Program-made: the position numbers and the translations under genes
The notes under the pieces: model-generated
Databases searched by the model: none
Told to the model about the DNA's origin: nothing
What the model saw: the letters and a program-made list of their open reading frames with translations, nothing else
In this document: positions 1 through 12,025 of the stretch, in pieces
Layout of the letters: every line of letters begins with the position of its first letter
Position numbering within the stretch: position 1 is the first letter of the stretch
Origin: Felis catus
Taxonomy: Eukaryota
Length of the DNA: 64,000 nucleotides
Direction of reading: 5' to 3'
Assembly: GCF_018350175.1 (NCBI RefSeq)
Contig: NC_058383.1
Location: forward strand, 18,786,001 to 18,850,000

Positions 1-3000
1 TCGTCCCGCTCTCGGCTGATGCTCTCCAGGTCCTTCTGCAGCTGCCGGCCCTGCCACGGATGCCGGCCTCGGTCTCAGCCTCCGAGCGGAGGCCTGCCCT
101 CCTCACCATGCCCCTCGGGCCTGCCTTCTACATCTCGGTGGGGTGGGGTGGGGGGGCATCTCTCAACCGGCCACCCTGCCTCTGTTGCCTGAGCCCCAGT
201 TCGAGCTTCAGGGGTGGACACAGGGGGTGCCCGGGGAGCATCCGGGGAAGGGGGAGGTGGATGCGAGCGCGTGGGCAGCCCACTCCGCCCCCTCCACTCA
301 CCTCCATTTGCAGCTGCTCCCACTGGTTGTCCGGGACGAGCTGGTAACCAGGAGGGGGCAGGTAGATGCCCTCGGGGACCAGGGTGCCCGTGGACACCAG
401 AGAGGCGGTCTCTTCCTGCTCGGGGCTCAGGCCCTGGCGGCTGCGGGGCAGGGACGTGCTGCCGGCCCCGCCACCGAGGGAGAAGGAAGAGATGGAAGCG
501 CTATCGTCACAGTTGTGGGCGAAGGCTTCGGCCGCCGCACCCCCGTCTCCACTCAGCTCCTCGAGAGGCTCCAGCGGGGGCGATGGGTCCCGGGACAGGG
601 GCAGCAACTCCGTGGAGCCGTGTAAGGAAGGGGGAGGCCGGGGCCGTCTCTAGGGGAAGGGGCAGGGAAGAGGCTGGGGGGCCGGGGTCCTGCGGCGCCC
701 CCTCTTCCCACAGCAACCCCCCCGGCCGCCCCCTCACCTGGATCTCTTGAATGAGCTCCTCTGCCCTGAGCAGTTTCGCCTTCAGCTCCTCAATCTCCTG
801 CTCCATGGGCAGCACGATCTCCCGAAGCTTCTCCGAGTCCTCGTGGGCCTGGAGGAAGGGAGGTTGGGCAGCAGCCGTCCCCCTCCCGACTACTGGACCC
901 CTAGGGTCTGTTCTGAGCCTTCTCTCCAAGCACGTCAGCCCTTCTAATCCTCCCAAGAGGGTGCCGGGCCTCCCCATTTTAAAGATAAAAACACAGAGGC
1001 TACGGGAGCTTATGCGACTTGCCCAGGTCACACGGCAGGTAAAGAAGCCAAAGTCGCGACTATCTTCCTGGTACCAACTCGCTCATTCTTTCCTTCCCCG
1101 ACATCCATTTCCAGTTGTTTCTTTTATCACAGAAGCTTGCATTTATAGTTGGGCGCGTGCCCTAAATCCTACAACACCATCCACATTTCTCACCTTCCCT
1201 GTAACTAAGCATGGCCACTCGACCAAGTTCCAGCAAAGGAGATATAAACGCAAACTTCCAGGGCAACTCCTTAAAGGGAGAGGGTGGGCTTTTCTTTACT
1301 CCTCCCCCTCCTCCTCGACGGTTAGAATGTGGACATAATGGCTGGCACTCCAGCAGTCATCTTGGGCCATGAGGCAATAAGCTACCTACGGCAAGACAGT
1401 AACCTAAAAGGAACTTGGGCTCCTAGTGACTTGTTGACCTGGCATCAGTCCTGGAATGTCTACCTGTGGACTGTAAGGAAAATAAATTTCCATCTTATTT
1501 AAGCCACTGTTGGTTTGGGTTTTCAAATTTCATCCTAACTAGTACGTCCTTTAGTCCCATCACCCCCGCATTGCTAGCAATTTCTTTTTGGTCTGCTTTC
1601 AGGTTTGGGATCCTGCTGAACCTGCACAGCCAATGCAATGGTCTCTGGCCATCCCTGAATGTCACACAGGCTCCTCTATCCAAGTACAGCCAAATCTGAA
1701 CCACTCATGACAACGTTTCTCCTCCTCTGGGCGTTAGGTCACCTACCCAGCTGTCCAAGACTGAAATCTGCCGGTTACCCACCCTCTTCCAATCCATGCC
1801 ATTTCTACCTCTTGAATCACTCAAAATCCTGTCTCAAGCAAGCTCAGCTTAACCCTCCAAATCCCTTGCGGGAACAGTTGCCACAGGCAGGGGAGGCCCG
1901 CGTGGCCCAAACTTAAAACACTTGGGTCCCATCTGAAGCCCGGGAGTATATGCTGTGCGGATGCCATGCGTTGGGTGGAGGAAGGCAGGATGCAGGAGGC
2001 GGGCCGGGGCTGAACTGCCATGTCTCTAGGCCCCCCGTGCTTCTGCTCGCCGCACCAGGCCTCCACCCTGCAGAGCCCTCTCCCTCACCGCCCTGTGTAA
2101 CTGCTCCTTAGCAACACTCGAGCGCGAGCAGCAGCCTCTGCCCGCAAGCCGTGCGTCACAAGCCTCCTTTCTTGGACTCCTATTTTGATCTTTGTCTTTC
2201 TACCCAGGCCGGTTACTACACTTCCCGAGCCTCAGTTTCCTCGTGCATGAAATGAGGGAACGATGTGAATTTGCTTTGAAAGATCAGCAAATCAGCTCCC
2301 ACCCCCTGTTAATGACACCAGTAGTAATGGGGGGGGGGGCGATGCGCCATAGAGATTAAGAACAAAAAACCAGACCGCCTAGACAAACATTTTAGAACCA
2401 GACTGCCTAGGTTTTGAAATTCCCACTCTGCTTTGTTTATGCGCACAACCTGGGGAGACCCACTGAACTCCTTCAAACCCCACCTTACTCATCTGTGAAA
2501 TGGGTCTAACGGACCGCTCTTCCAGGGGAAAGACGGGGTCTGGCCCGCAGTTATCACAGTGCCCTGTGTATGAAAGCTGTCCTGAAGTGTCAGCTCCCTT
2601 CCGCCTACACGATCTCCTTCATTTTGGAAGTAAACAAACCTGGCCAGCCCTCCTGAAAGTGGCAGGGCCAGGACCTTGCCAAGTATGGAGCCAGTACCTG
2701 CCACACCCAGAATTATGACTGGGTGCCCTGCTCCCAATGATCTGCCTGACAATCCCTTTGCCCCGTGGTCACCTTGACTGCCTCAACATCTTTCCATATC
2801 CTGGGGCCGGGGGAGGTCACCCCAACCTTTTCCATCTGCTTCTCCAAGGAGTCCAGAGGGTGAGCCCGGGACAGCAGCTGCTTCAGGCGCCCCAGCTCCC
2901 GCTCCTTCTCCTCACAGTCCTGCTGCTGCTGCTGCTTCAGAGAAGTGATCTGGGCTTCATAGCTGCTGATGGAGTCTGGAGGGGCAGGAAGGGCAGCGGA

Positions 3001-6000
3001 GAGGGACGGTCAGCGCGCTGGCCCTCCCTGGGGGTGAGGAGGGGGTGCTCTATCACCGCCGCTCGCTGCGAGGCAATTCACCGGAGCGATGGAGACCGTG
3101 GGCTCTGTGGACAGACGGCCCCGGGTCATGAGCCTCTGCGCCGGGGTCCTCTGCCGCAAAATGGGGACACTACAAATACCCTGCTGGGTTATCAAATGAA
3201 ATGACACCTGGAAGGTGTTCAGCCCTCCTCCCGGTGCGTAACAAATGCTGAAGACACGATATCTACTCCTGTTAATATGTACCAATAACGATCAACCTCC
3301 AACGACAGTAGTACGTTCTTACTCTGGACCAGACTCCGCGTGGGGCTCTGGAACTAGAGAAACGAATCGATCACAAACCCGGACGCCAGAAGCCCACGTT
3401 CCGACGGGGAAGGAAGCTGCGGAAATAGTGACAAAGCAGCGGGAGAACGTCCCCAAGAGGACCACTCCGGGGTTTGTGGATCCTAGAGCACGGAGCTCTT
3501 CACTCCGCCTGCCTGGCCACGAGAGGACACCAGCAGGTGGCGGAAAGAAGGACACATTAGCACAGCACCGGTGCAAGCAGAGGCTCAGAGGTGGGAAAGT
3601 AGATGGTGTATCGGGGGCACGGTGGGCATGTCGCAAGAGCTGGGGTGAAGGCCCCCGCAGAGACGTGCTGGAAAGCGGGGACAGGGTGGCAGGGGATGGC
3701 TCTTGAGACCGTGCCCGCCCTACCAAGCAAGGGGTTCGGATTTATCCTACAGGTCAGTGGGAGGTAGAGGTGATGGTGGGTGGAACGGGGCCACTTTTTA
3801 ATTTTTTTTTTTTTTAAGCGTTTTTTAAAAAGGCTTTTTAAAAACCTTTTATGTGAGGGGCGCCTGGGTGGCTCTGTCAGTTAAGCGTCCGACTTCGGCT
3901 CAGGCCATGATCTCACAGTTCGTGAGTTCGGGCCCCGCGTCGGGCTCTGTGCTGACAGCACGGAGCCTGCTTGGGATTCTCTCTCTCTGCCCCTCTCCGA
4001 CAAAAAAAATAAACTTAAAAAAAAAAAAAGTACTTAACTCAGAGCCTGGCCCATAGTAAGTGCTCAATAAACGTTAACTAGGATGATGATCGCGACCGTG
4101 ACAACTACAGGTGTGCCCCACTTTTCAAAAGTTCCCATTACACCACTTTGTTTTTACAATAATCCTACATTACTACCTGCTTTTACCAGGAGAAATCAAA
4201 GATTTTCACTTTTACAAAAAATAAATCAACAAAGAAAACAGACAAAAAGTGAAAACAGCGTGTAGTGTTTGTTTTACAGGGATCCGTGACGGAGGCAGCA
4301 CGTATCCGGAGCAGCAAGAGTGGCCCCAGCAAGCTCCCAGGGCACTACACTCAGCCTCTGGGGGCATCAAAGCTTCGAACTGCGTCTATGGTCATCCGTG
4401 CTTTTATCTCCATTTATTTTGTGCATTCATCAGCCAAACGTCTCCTACAGTATCAGAAAAGCCTAAGAGGGGCTATTTTTGGGGTCTGGGACCACTCGAA
4501 CAATTTTCCACGTCAATTAATGGTAATTGTTTCTTCACTTTACATGCTATTTTGGCTTAGAAAATTTTCATTGCAATGTTCTACTTTTTCATAGTGGGGG
4601 AAACCTGTATTACCATGTTTAGGACACACTTGGTTTCTNNNNNNNNNNNNNNNNNNNNNNNNNNNNNNNNNNNNNNNNNNNNNNNNNNNNNNNNNNNNNN
4701 NNNNNNNNNNNNNNNNNNNNNNNNNNNNNNNNNNNNNNNNNNNNNNNNNNNNNNNNNNNNNNNNNNNNNNAGAGAGAAAGGGAGACACAGAATCGGAAGC
4801 AGGCTCCAGGCTCTGAGCTGTCAGCACAGAGCCCGACGCAGGGCTGGAACTCACAAACCGCGAGATTACGACCTGAGCCAAAGTTGGACACCCAACTGAC
4901 TGAGCCACCCAGGCACCCCTCTTTTATTTTTTGCTTACTTATTTTTTTTAAACGTATTTATTTTTTTATTTTAGTAATCCTATACCCAACGTGGGGTTCA
5001 AACAACCCTGAGACCAAGAGTCACATGTTCTAGGGCACCTGGAGGACTCAGGTGGTTAAGCGTCTGATTCTTGGTATGGGCTCAGGTCATGAGCTCACAG
5101 TTCCTGCAATCAGATCGGGCCCTGCACGGGGCTCTGTGCTGAAAGCACGGAGCCTGCTTGGGATTCTCTGTCTCCTTCCCTCTCTGCCCCTCCCCAACTC
5201 GCTCTCTCTCTCTCTCCCAAAAGAAATAAATGAACTTCAAAAAAAAAAAAAAAAAAAGTCACATGTTCTACCAACTGAGTCAACCAGGTACCATGGAAGT
5301 TTCTTTTATTATTTTTTAAAAAATTTTTTGATGTTTACATTTCGAGAGAGAGAGCACAAAAAAAGGGGGACACAAAATCTGAAACAGGCTCCAGGCTCTG
5401 AGCTGTCAGCAGAGAGCCTGACATGGGGCTCAAACTCACGAACCATGCACGAGATCATGACCTGAGCTCAAGTCGGACGCTTAACCAACTGAGCCACCCA
5501 GGCACCCATCCAGGGATCATGGAAGTTTCTTTTAAAATAAACGTACGCATGGCGCCTGGGTGGCTCAATCAGTTAAGCATCTGACTCCTGATTTCGGCTC
5601 AGGTCATGATCTCATGTTTCGTGAATTCACGACCCGTTGCTGTCAGTGTAGAGCCTGCTTGCGATCCTCTCTCTCCCTCTCTTTCTCTCTGTCCTTCCCC
5701 TGCTCTGGCTCCCTCTCTCTCTCAAAAAAAATAAGCAAACTTAAATAAATGTATGCAAGTTTTTACAAAACGGTCTATCTAAAGCACGAATACTAAGTAG
5801 ATGACAGAGTAGTTTGTATGAGACAGCCATGGCACACAGGTGCTATGTGGACGCCTGAAATGCAGGGAATACCGCCCCAGAGAAGTCTGGAGCCAGGAGT
5901 GGTTGTTAGAAAAGGAAGTGACTGGGGCGCCTGGGTGGCGCAGTCGGTTGGGCGTCCGACTTCGGCCAGGTCACGATCTCACGGTCCGTGAGTTCGAGCC

Positions 6001-7894
6001 CCGCGTCAGGCTCTGGGCTGATGGCTCAGAGCCTGGAGCCTGCTTCCGATTCTGTGTCTCCCTCTCTCTCTGCCCCTCCCCCGTTCATGCTCTGTCTCTC
6101 TCTGTCCCAAAAATAAACAAANNNNNNNNNNNNNNNNNNNNNNNNNNNNNNNNNNNNNNNNNNNNNNNNNNNNNNNNNNNNNNNNNNNNNNNNNNNNNNN
6201 NNNNNNNNNNNNNNNNNNNNNNNNNNNNNNNNNNNNNNNNNNNNNNNNNNNNNNGGCCAGACTATAGAGTCAGACCTGTGAGAAGGCCGGGGCACCATCC
6301 AGGGGAGCTGTCAAGAGCTTCACTCCAGCAGGGGCCACAGAAGCAGAGGGGTGGGACAGGGCTGGAGGCTATTTCAGAGACTCTGGACTCAGACTAGAGG
6401 AGAAGGGGGAAATAAGAACAGAGGCTGGCAGGGGTGCACCTGGGTGGCTCAGCCGGGTAAGCATCCAACTCCCGCTCGGGTCATGATCTCGCGGTCCGTG
6501 AGTTCGAGCCCTGCGTGCCGCTCTGTGCTGACAGCTCAGAGCCTGGAGCCTGCTTTGGATTCTGTGTGCCCCCCTCTCTCTGCCCCTCCCCCACTCATGC
6601 TCTGTCTCACTCTCTCAAAAATAAATAAATGTTAAACAAAAATTAAAAAAAAAAGAAAAAGAACAGAGGCTGGAAGATCTGGGGCCCGGTGAGCTGGTGC
6701 ATCTCAAGTACAGAGAATGGGAGGGAGGGAGGGAAGTCTGAACATGTGTGAGACAGTGCAAATGTAGCGGTGCTTGAGGAAGGAAGGAAACCGGAGGGTT
6801 AGACTCACAGAGACTGGGCCCAGAGAGGAGTCTGAAGCCCAGGGGCTTACACGAGGCCGGTTCCAGGAACTGAAAAGTTGCTCATCTTCAGGGTTGACCA
6901 GTCATCGGTGAGGGACAAGAAATGACACCAGGCAAGGGTGCAGGCAGAGACTCGGAGCTAAACTTAGTGAAGTCACAGAACTGCTTCTAGCACAGGCAGG
7001 ACCTCTATCCAAATCAGAAAGGGGCACCCCTTCCTCTGGGCCTTTAGGCCTGTCCTGTGCTCGGCAGCCGTGCTAACCTACCCCACAGCTTATCTACCCC
7101 TTTCTTGTCATGCATTTCCCTCTTAGGGGGCCGCCAAGGAGTCTGGGAAGAGTCCCTGCCTCACCTTTCAGGATGGCCTGCAGAGAAGCCACCTCCTCTT
7201 GGCACTGCCGCTGCACTGCAGCCACAGCCTCCGCCTTCGTGCTCTCGCTCACCTCCGCCACAGCCTTCATGGTCTCCATTTCCGCCAGGGCGCCTGCCAG
7301 CTCCGCCCGAAGCCGGCCAAGCTCCTCTGACTCGGCCTCAACCTTCGCGCCCTCCTGGGAATGGGGGTCCGGCGCTGTGGAGGACAGGGGTCAACTTCTT
7401 TTCCCATCACTCCCACGTTCCCCATACCCCAGACTAGGAAATCTGCAAGTCCTGCCACCTAGTCCCGGGGCCGCGATCCTCGCACCTTCGCCTGGCCACG
7501 CCCCGCTCCCGACCCCGCCTCTTCCTCCGCCTCCTTCTCACCTCGTCGTGCCACGTGCTGCTTGGAGCCCCGCCCACTCCCTTTTTTCCAGGCTAGACCC
7601 CTCCCTTCCAATGGCCCCGCCCCTCCCCTCCCCGAGCCCCACCTTTCACCTGCCACTGCCCCGCCACACCACGCCCCCTCCTCCGGTGGCCGCAGGCCCC
7701 GCCCCCTCTCTCCCGGCGGCGTGGCCCCGCCCCTTTCTCCAGGCTCCCCTCACCACCCCCGTCCCCCGGCTCCGAGCTCGGCCCCGCCTCCGATTCCGTC
7801 GCCCCTCGCGTGCATGGACGCGCCCTCACGTACCGGCCCCCTGCTGCCGTCGCCGGCCATCCTCGCCCGCGACCGCCGGCGCAGCTGCCGCCAT
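1..7894 (-). CDS. RABEP2: Rab GTPase-binding effector protein 2 (rabaptin-5beta), 5' part; gene continues beyond window start
   Basis: Minus-strand coding exons 7894-7834, 7374-7165, 2975-2827, 848-738, 649-302, 50-<1, all with GT-AG boundaries and in phase. Peptides MAAAAPAVAGED..., AELAGALAEMETMKAVAEVSESTKAEAVAAVQRQCQEEVASLQAILK, AHEDSEKLREIVLPMEQEIEELKAKLLRAEELIQEIQ, ...YLPPPGYQLVPDNQWEQLQME|GRQLQKDLESISRERD match mammalian RABEP2. Confidence 0.97.
1170..1540 (+). mobile_element. Degenerate MaLR (MLT1-type) LTR in RABEP2 intron 3
   Basis: ATGGCTGGCACTCCAGCAGTCATCTTG...AATAAATTTCCATCTTATTTAAGCCACTGTT pattern. Confidence 0.55.
3857..6660. repeat. Cluster of CanSINEs in RABEP2 intron 2 (copies ~3857-4029 +, 4771-4919 -, 5033-5257 +, 5307-5507 -, 5549-5750 +, 5923-6121 +, 6431-6660 +)
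   Basis: GGGGCGCCTGGGTGGCTCAGTCGGTTAAG head, (CT)n tract, A-rich tail. TSDs visible, e.g. AGTCACATGTTCTA 5019-5032/5257-5270 and AAGAACAGAGGCTGG 6414-6428/6659-6673. Confidence 0.93.
4108..4607. mobile_element. Non-autonomous Tc1/mariner (Tigger-like) DNA transposon
   Basis: Imperfect ~25-bp terminal inverted repeats (CAGGTGTGCCCCACTTTTCAAAAGT ... ACTTTTTCATAGTGGGGGAAACCTG) flanked by TA on both sides (4106-4107, 4608-4609). Confidence 0.8.
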
Positions 7895-8300
7895 CGCCTC
7901 CGCGCAAACGGCGGGTTCCAGCACTCCCTGGTGACGGCGCTCACCCCTTCCGGGTCCCCTCGGCTGTTTCCGGATCCGCTCGGCTGTTTCCGGATCGGCC
8001 CCGGGCTCCAGGCCCAGGCCGCCGCTGGAGGTTGATTGCCGAGCCTGGGCCGAAGATTTCCGAGCCGGAGCCCGGCCGCGGCCCCAGGCCCCGCCCCTCC
8101 CCGCCTTCTTTCCTGGGCAGCGATGTTCGAGAAGGGCGCTTGTCCTTCAAACCCCGAAGTTCTTTCATCAAAGGTCTTCTGGCTTTTCCGCGTGACCTTG
8201 GGAACTCTGCTCAAGTTACACCTCCTCGGAGACGCCTGCCGGCCTCAGCCTAAAGAAGGCGAAGCTCTCGCGGTGTCTCCCGAGTCCCGCAGCCAGCCCC
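7480..8300 (-). promoter_or_regulatory. RABEP2 CpG-island promoter with GC boxes and ETS/GABP-type CCGGAA sites
   Basis: CpG-dense sequence around the ATG; multiple CCCGCCCC; TTTCCGG sites at ~7967 and ~7987. Confidence 0.8.
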
Positions 8301-8929
8301 TAGATGGGCCCCTGGTCCCCTGCTGCCGATGCCTGGCTTACGTTACAGCGAATTGTAATGTACCCCTGCCTGTACCTCCGCGGCAGGGCTGGGTCAGCTT
8401 AACTTTTCTGGGCGCCGGGGTCCCCTTATCCGTTGGAGAAGTCAGAACCTTCCACGTCCCCACCCCCACCTTGATACTCAACCATTAATCCCCCTTCTAA
8501 TCCTCCTTCCCCCTGCCTGTGCCTCGCAAATCCCTCTCCTCCCTGGGCCACTGGCCTAAATCAAGGTCTCTTTATCTATGAACTTGGCCACCGGCGACCT
8601 GACATCTTCCCTTAGACGGTGACGGGTGACCGGCAGCTCAAACAAGTGCAGTATCCTGATTCCCGTTCTCCCAAACCCGTTTCTCCCGCTGTGGAGTACA
8701 TTCCAGGAGCCTCCAAGTCCTGGAAGCTCTACCTCCAAAGGACAATATTCCAGAAGGTCTCCCTTTTTCTTCAGCCCCACCACCTATCTCCGGAACTTCC
8801 GCAATGCCTCCTAACTGTTCCCCTGTGTCGCCTTTTGGCTCCTTCAGTTAATTCTCAAAGCAATTAGAGTGATCTTTGCAAAACCGATATGTCATCCCTG
8901 TTTAAAATCTTCTAGAAAATTATGATGTG

Positions 8930-9560
8930 AAAATGGGCAAAGGACAGGAATAGACATCTCGCTGAGGTCAGAGATGGGAAATCTATGCATGAAAAGATGT
9001 TCAACATCGTTAGCCATTAGGGAAATGCAAATTAAAACCACAAGGAGATAATCACTACACGCCTCCCAGGATGGCTTAATTTATTAAATTTAAAAAGAGT
9101 GATAATGCCAAATGCAGGTACGTATATGGAAAAACTGTAGTTCTCTTACATTCCTGATGGGAAATGCAAACGGTGTAGCCTCTCTGGAAAAGAGTGTGAT
9201 GGTTTCTGGGGTGCCTGACTGGCTCAGTTGGAAGAGCATGTGACTCTTGATCTTGGGGTCCCAAGCTCAAGCCCCATGTTGGGTGTAGAGATTAAACAAA
9301 CTTAAAAAAAAAAGTGTGACAGTTTTCTTTCTTTATTTACTTTGAGAGAGAGTGGGGGAGGGACAGAGAGAGAGAGAAAGAGAGAGGGAGAGAGAATCCC
9401 AACCAGGCTTCACACTTCAGCGCAGAGCCAGATGTTCAGCTCAATCCCACGAACCTCGAGATCATGACCTGAGTTGAAATTGAGCGGGACGCTCAACCAA
9501 CTGAGCCGCCCAGGTGCCCCAGGAATATGACAGTTTCTAATGAAACTAAACATGATCTTA
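8930..9560 (+). mobile_element. Ancient L1M ORF2 3' fragment interrupted by SINEs
   Basis: AAATGGGCAAAGGAC...ATGAAAAGATGTTCAACATC...GGGAAATGCAAATTAAAACCACA is typical L1 ORF2 3' sequence. Confidence 0.75.
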
Positions 9561-12025
9561 TTTGAACACACCAAGCTGTTCCCCACCTCAGAAGACACCT
9601 CCTCAGTGAGGCCTTCCCTCACCATCCTGTCTCAAGTAGGTCCCTCTATCACCTGTCTGCCATTAGATGATTTCTTACCATCTGAAATTGTTTATTGATT
9701 AACTTATTACCTGTCCCCCTTTACCCTTCCAGGTCCCCAAAACTTGAATCAAAGCTCCATGAGGTTGGGAACTTTGTCTTGTCCCTTGTATTTCACCAGC
9801 ACCTGGCACAGCACCTGATTTAGAAAAAAAAAAAAAAAAACACACATAGTAAACATTTGGTGAATAAACAAATGAATGAACACTTTCCTTACTGATCTCT
9901 CTGGCTTCCCTCTCGCCTCCCCTCCACCCTGCAGCCAGGGGGAGTTTTAGAAAATGCAAATCTGGCCAGGTTAGGGGCTCCTGGCTGGCTCAGTGGGAGG
10001 AGTGTGAGACTCTTGATCTCGGGGGTCATGAGTTTGAGTCCCAAGTTGGATGTAGAGATTACTAAATAGACAAACAAACAAACTTAAAAAAAAAAAAAAT
10101 CTGGAGGCACCTAGGTGGCTCAGTTGGTTAAGCGTCCGACTCTTGGTTTCCGGGTCAGGTCATGATCTCGTGGTTCGTGAGTTCGAGCTCTGCATTGGGC
10201 TCTGTGCTGAGCTCCCATAGGCGTTTTTCTCTCTGTCTCCCTCTCTCTCTCTCTCTCTCTCAAAAATGAGTAAACTTAAAAAAAAAAAAGAGTATTAAAA
10301 AAAAATCAGGCCAGGTTAACTCCTGCTTATAAATCCCCAGCAGTTTACTGCCCTCAAACTCCCTGTGTGTGTGGCAGAGTATCTTGGGAAGGAAATGAAA
10401 TGGGGACTATAAATAAGGCTCCAGTCAACTGTCAGGCTTGGATTTTATCCTGAGGCCCTGGGAGCCTTTGAAGGGTATTGAGCAGGAGCACATGACTAAT
10501 ACCAAGGAAGTTCTTTCTGTGTAGAGTATAGGTAAAAAGCAAAAAGATAGAAGACAGCTCACAAAGGAGGCTATTGAATTGGTTCTGGTTGGGAAGGGAA
10601 GAGCCCCCAAAGAGGAGGAAGTTGATTCTAGAAATACTTAGGATGAAAACGGACTAGCCCTGGTGACTGAGTGCATGAGAGAGAAGTGAAGAGAAAGTTT
10701 TCTTTTACTCTTCCTAATTTCCTTTTGTTGTTTTTGTCTTACCAGCAAAAAACGGTTTACTTGGGAATAGCAGACAACTGCAATTCAGGATAAGCAAGGG
10801 ACAGCAAAAACCATATGCTAGCCCAGCAAATACAGGAGAGGGATGTTATTTTATGGAGAAGAAGAAGTTGGGAGAATCCCAACTGGGCGCCTGGGTGGCT
10901 CAGTTGGTTAAGTGTCGGACTCGGACTCCAGCTCAGGTCATGATCTCACGGTTCATGAGAGCCCCGCGTCAGGCTCTGTGCCGACAACTCCGAGCCTGGA
11001 GTCTGCTTCAGAATCTGTGACTCTCTCTCTCTCTGTCTCTGCCCCTCTCCCGCTCACGCTCTCTGTCTCAAAAAATAAATAAGTGTTAAAAAAAAAAAGT
11101 TGGGAGGGGTTGTATTGAATGAAAATTCATTGGAGAAAAGCAAGAATTCAGGATGATAATGGTTTCTCTTTGGCTGAGTTGCAGGGATGGTCGATTTCTT
11201 GTAGGAGATGTAATGTACATCTTTTCCTGTTGGGGCCTGTGAGGATGATTCTCTCCTGTGGAGGGTTCTTCCCTTGGGTCTGTAATTGACAATGCTTCCT
11301 ACAATTGAGGTAGAATGGTTATGGCGGGAGTGCTCCCCCTTCTGGCCTGGTTTCCCTTCATTCATTTTCACATTTTTATGCAACAGATACTTAATGAGCA
11401 CCTACTAGATGCCAGGGAACAAGCCAGTAAAGATTCCTGTTGTTGAAGAGTGAACAGTCTGGGGCAGGAAGTAGTTGAGAGATTAACAAATAAGCATATT
11501 TGGGAATTGGGGCAAACGCTGGGAAAAAAAAAATAAAACAGGGGTGTGAAATCAAAGGTAGCTGGAGGGTCAGGGAAGGCCTCCTTGAGGAAATAACATT
11601 TGATCTGAGGCCTGAGGGATAAAAAGGAGCCAGTGAAGTGAAAAGCTGAGGAACGATCAGGAAGGAAAGCAGCAGGTGCAGACTTTGGAGCGAGGGACAG
11701 AGTAGTAGAGGGTTGAGATGGGAAATGGAGGCAGGTGCAGCCTCACTCAGACTTTGGAGGCCATGGTGTGGAGTGTTTATTTTGGTGTGGAGTGTTTATT
11801 TTAGGTAGAGGAAACACCACTACAGTGTTCTTTTTTTATATGTAAGTTTATTTATTTGGGGAGACAGAGAGCGCAGGGGAGGGGCAGAGAGAGAGAGAGG
11901 ATCCCAAAGCAGGCTCTGCACTGTCAGCGCAGAGTCAGACGCGAGGCTCAAACCCATGAACCGTGAGATCACAGCCTGAGCTGAAATCAAGGGTCAGATG
12001 TTTACCCGACTGAGCAGCCCCGTCC
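9207..12025. repeat. CanSINE copies and L2 fragments between RABEP2 and CD19
   Basis: SINEs at ~9207-9520, 9973-10300, 10885-11098, 11830-12025; L2-like sequence at ~11380-11830. Confidence 0.85.
10741..11372 (-). mobile_element. Old LTR-like element interrupted by a CanSINE (10885-11098)
   Basis: Related to the copy at 24030-25240; TG-start terminus (TTTTCACA) at ~11372. Confidence 0.55.

Noticed and set aside
3857-3940. tRNA-like A/B boxes (TGGCTCAGTCGG, GTTCGAGCCC)
   Set aside because: Heads of tRNA-derived SINEs followed by (CT)n and A tails; not tRNA genes.
5840-6397. Recurrent ORFs such as [16 protein letters not shown]... and GAPGWRSRL...
   Set aside because: Translations of CanSINE bodies, not genes.
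7110-7934. 274-aa Pro-rich + strand ORF and similar long ORFs over CpG islands (e.g. 46135-46935 extension, 54226-54889)
   Set aside because: They are antisense or intron read-throughs in GC-rich, stop-poor DNA with no recognisable protein.
11764-11801. Short tandem duplications (19 bp here; 14 bp at 34926-34953)
   Set aside because: Ordinary slippage duplications with no evident functional context.
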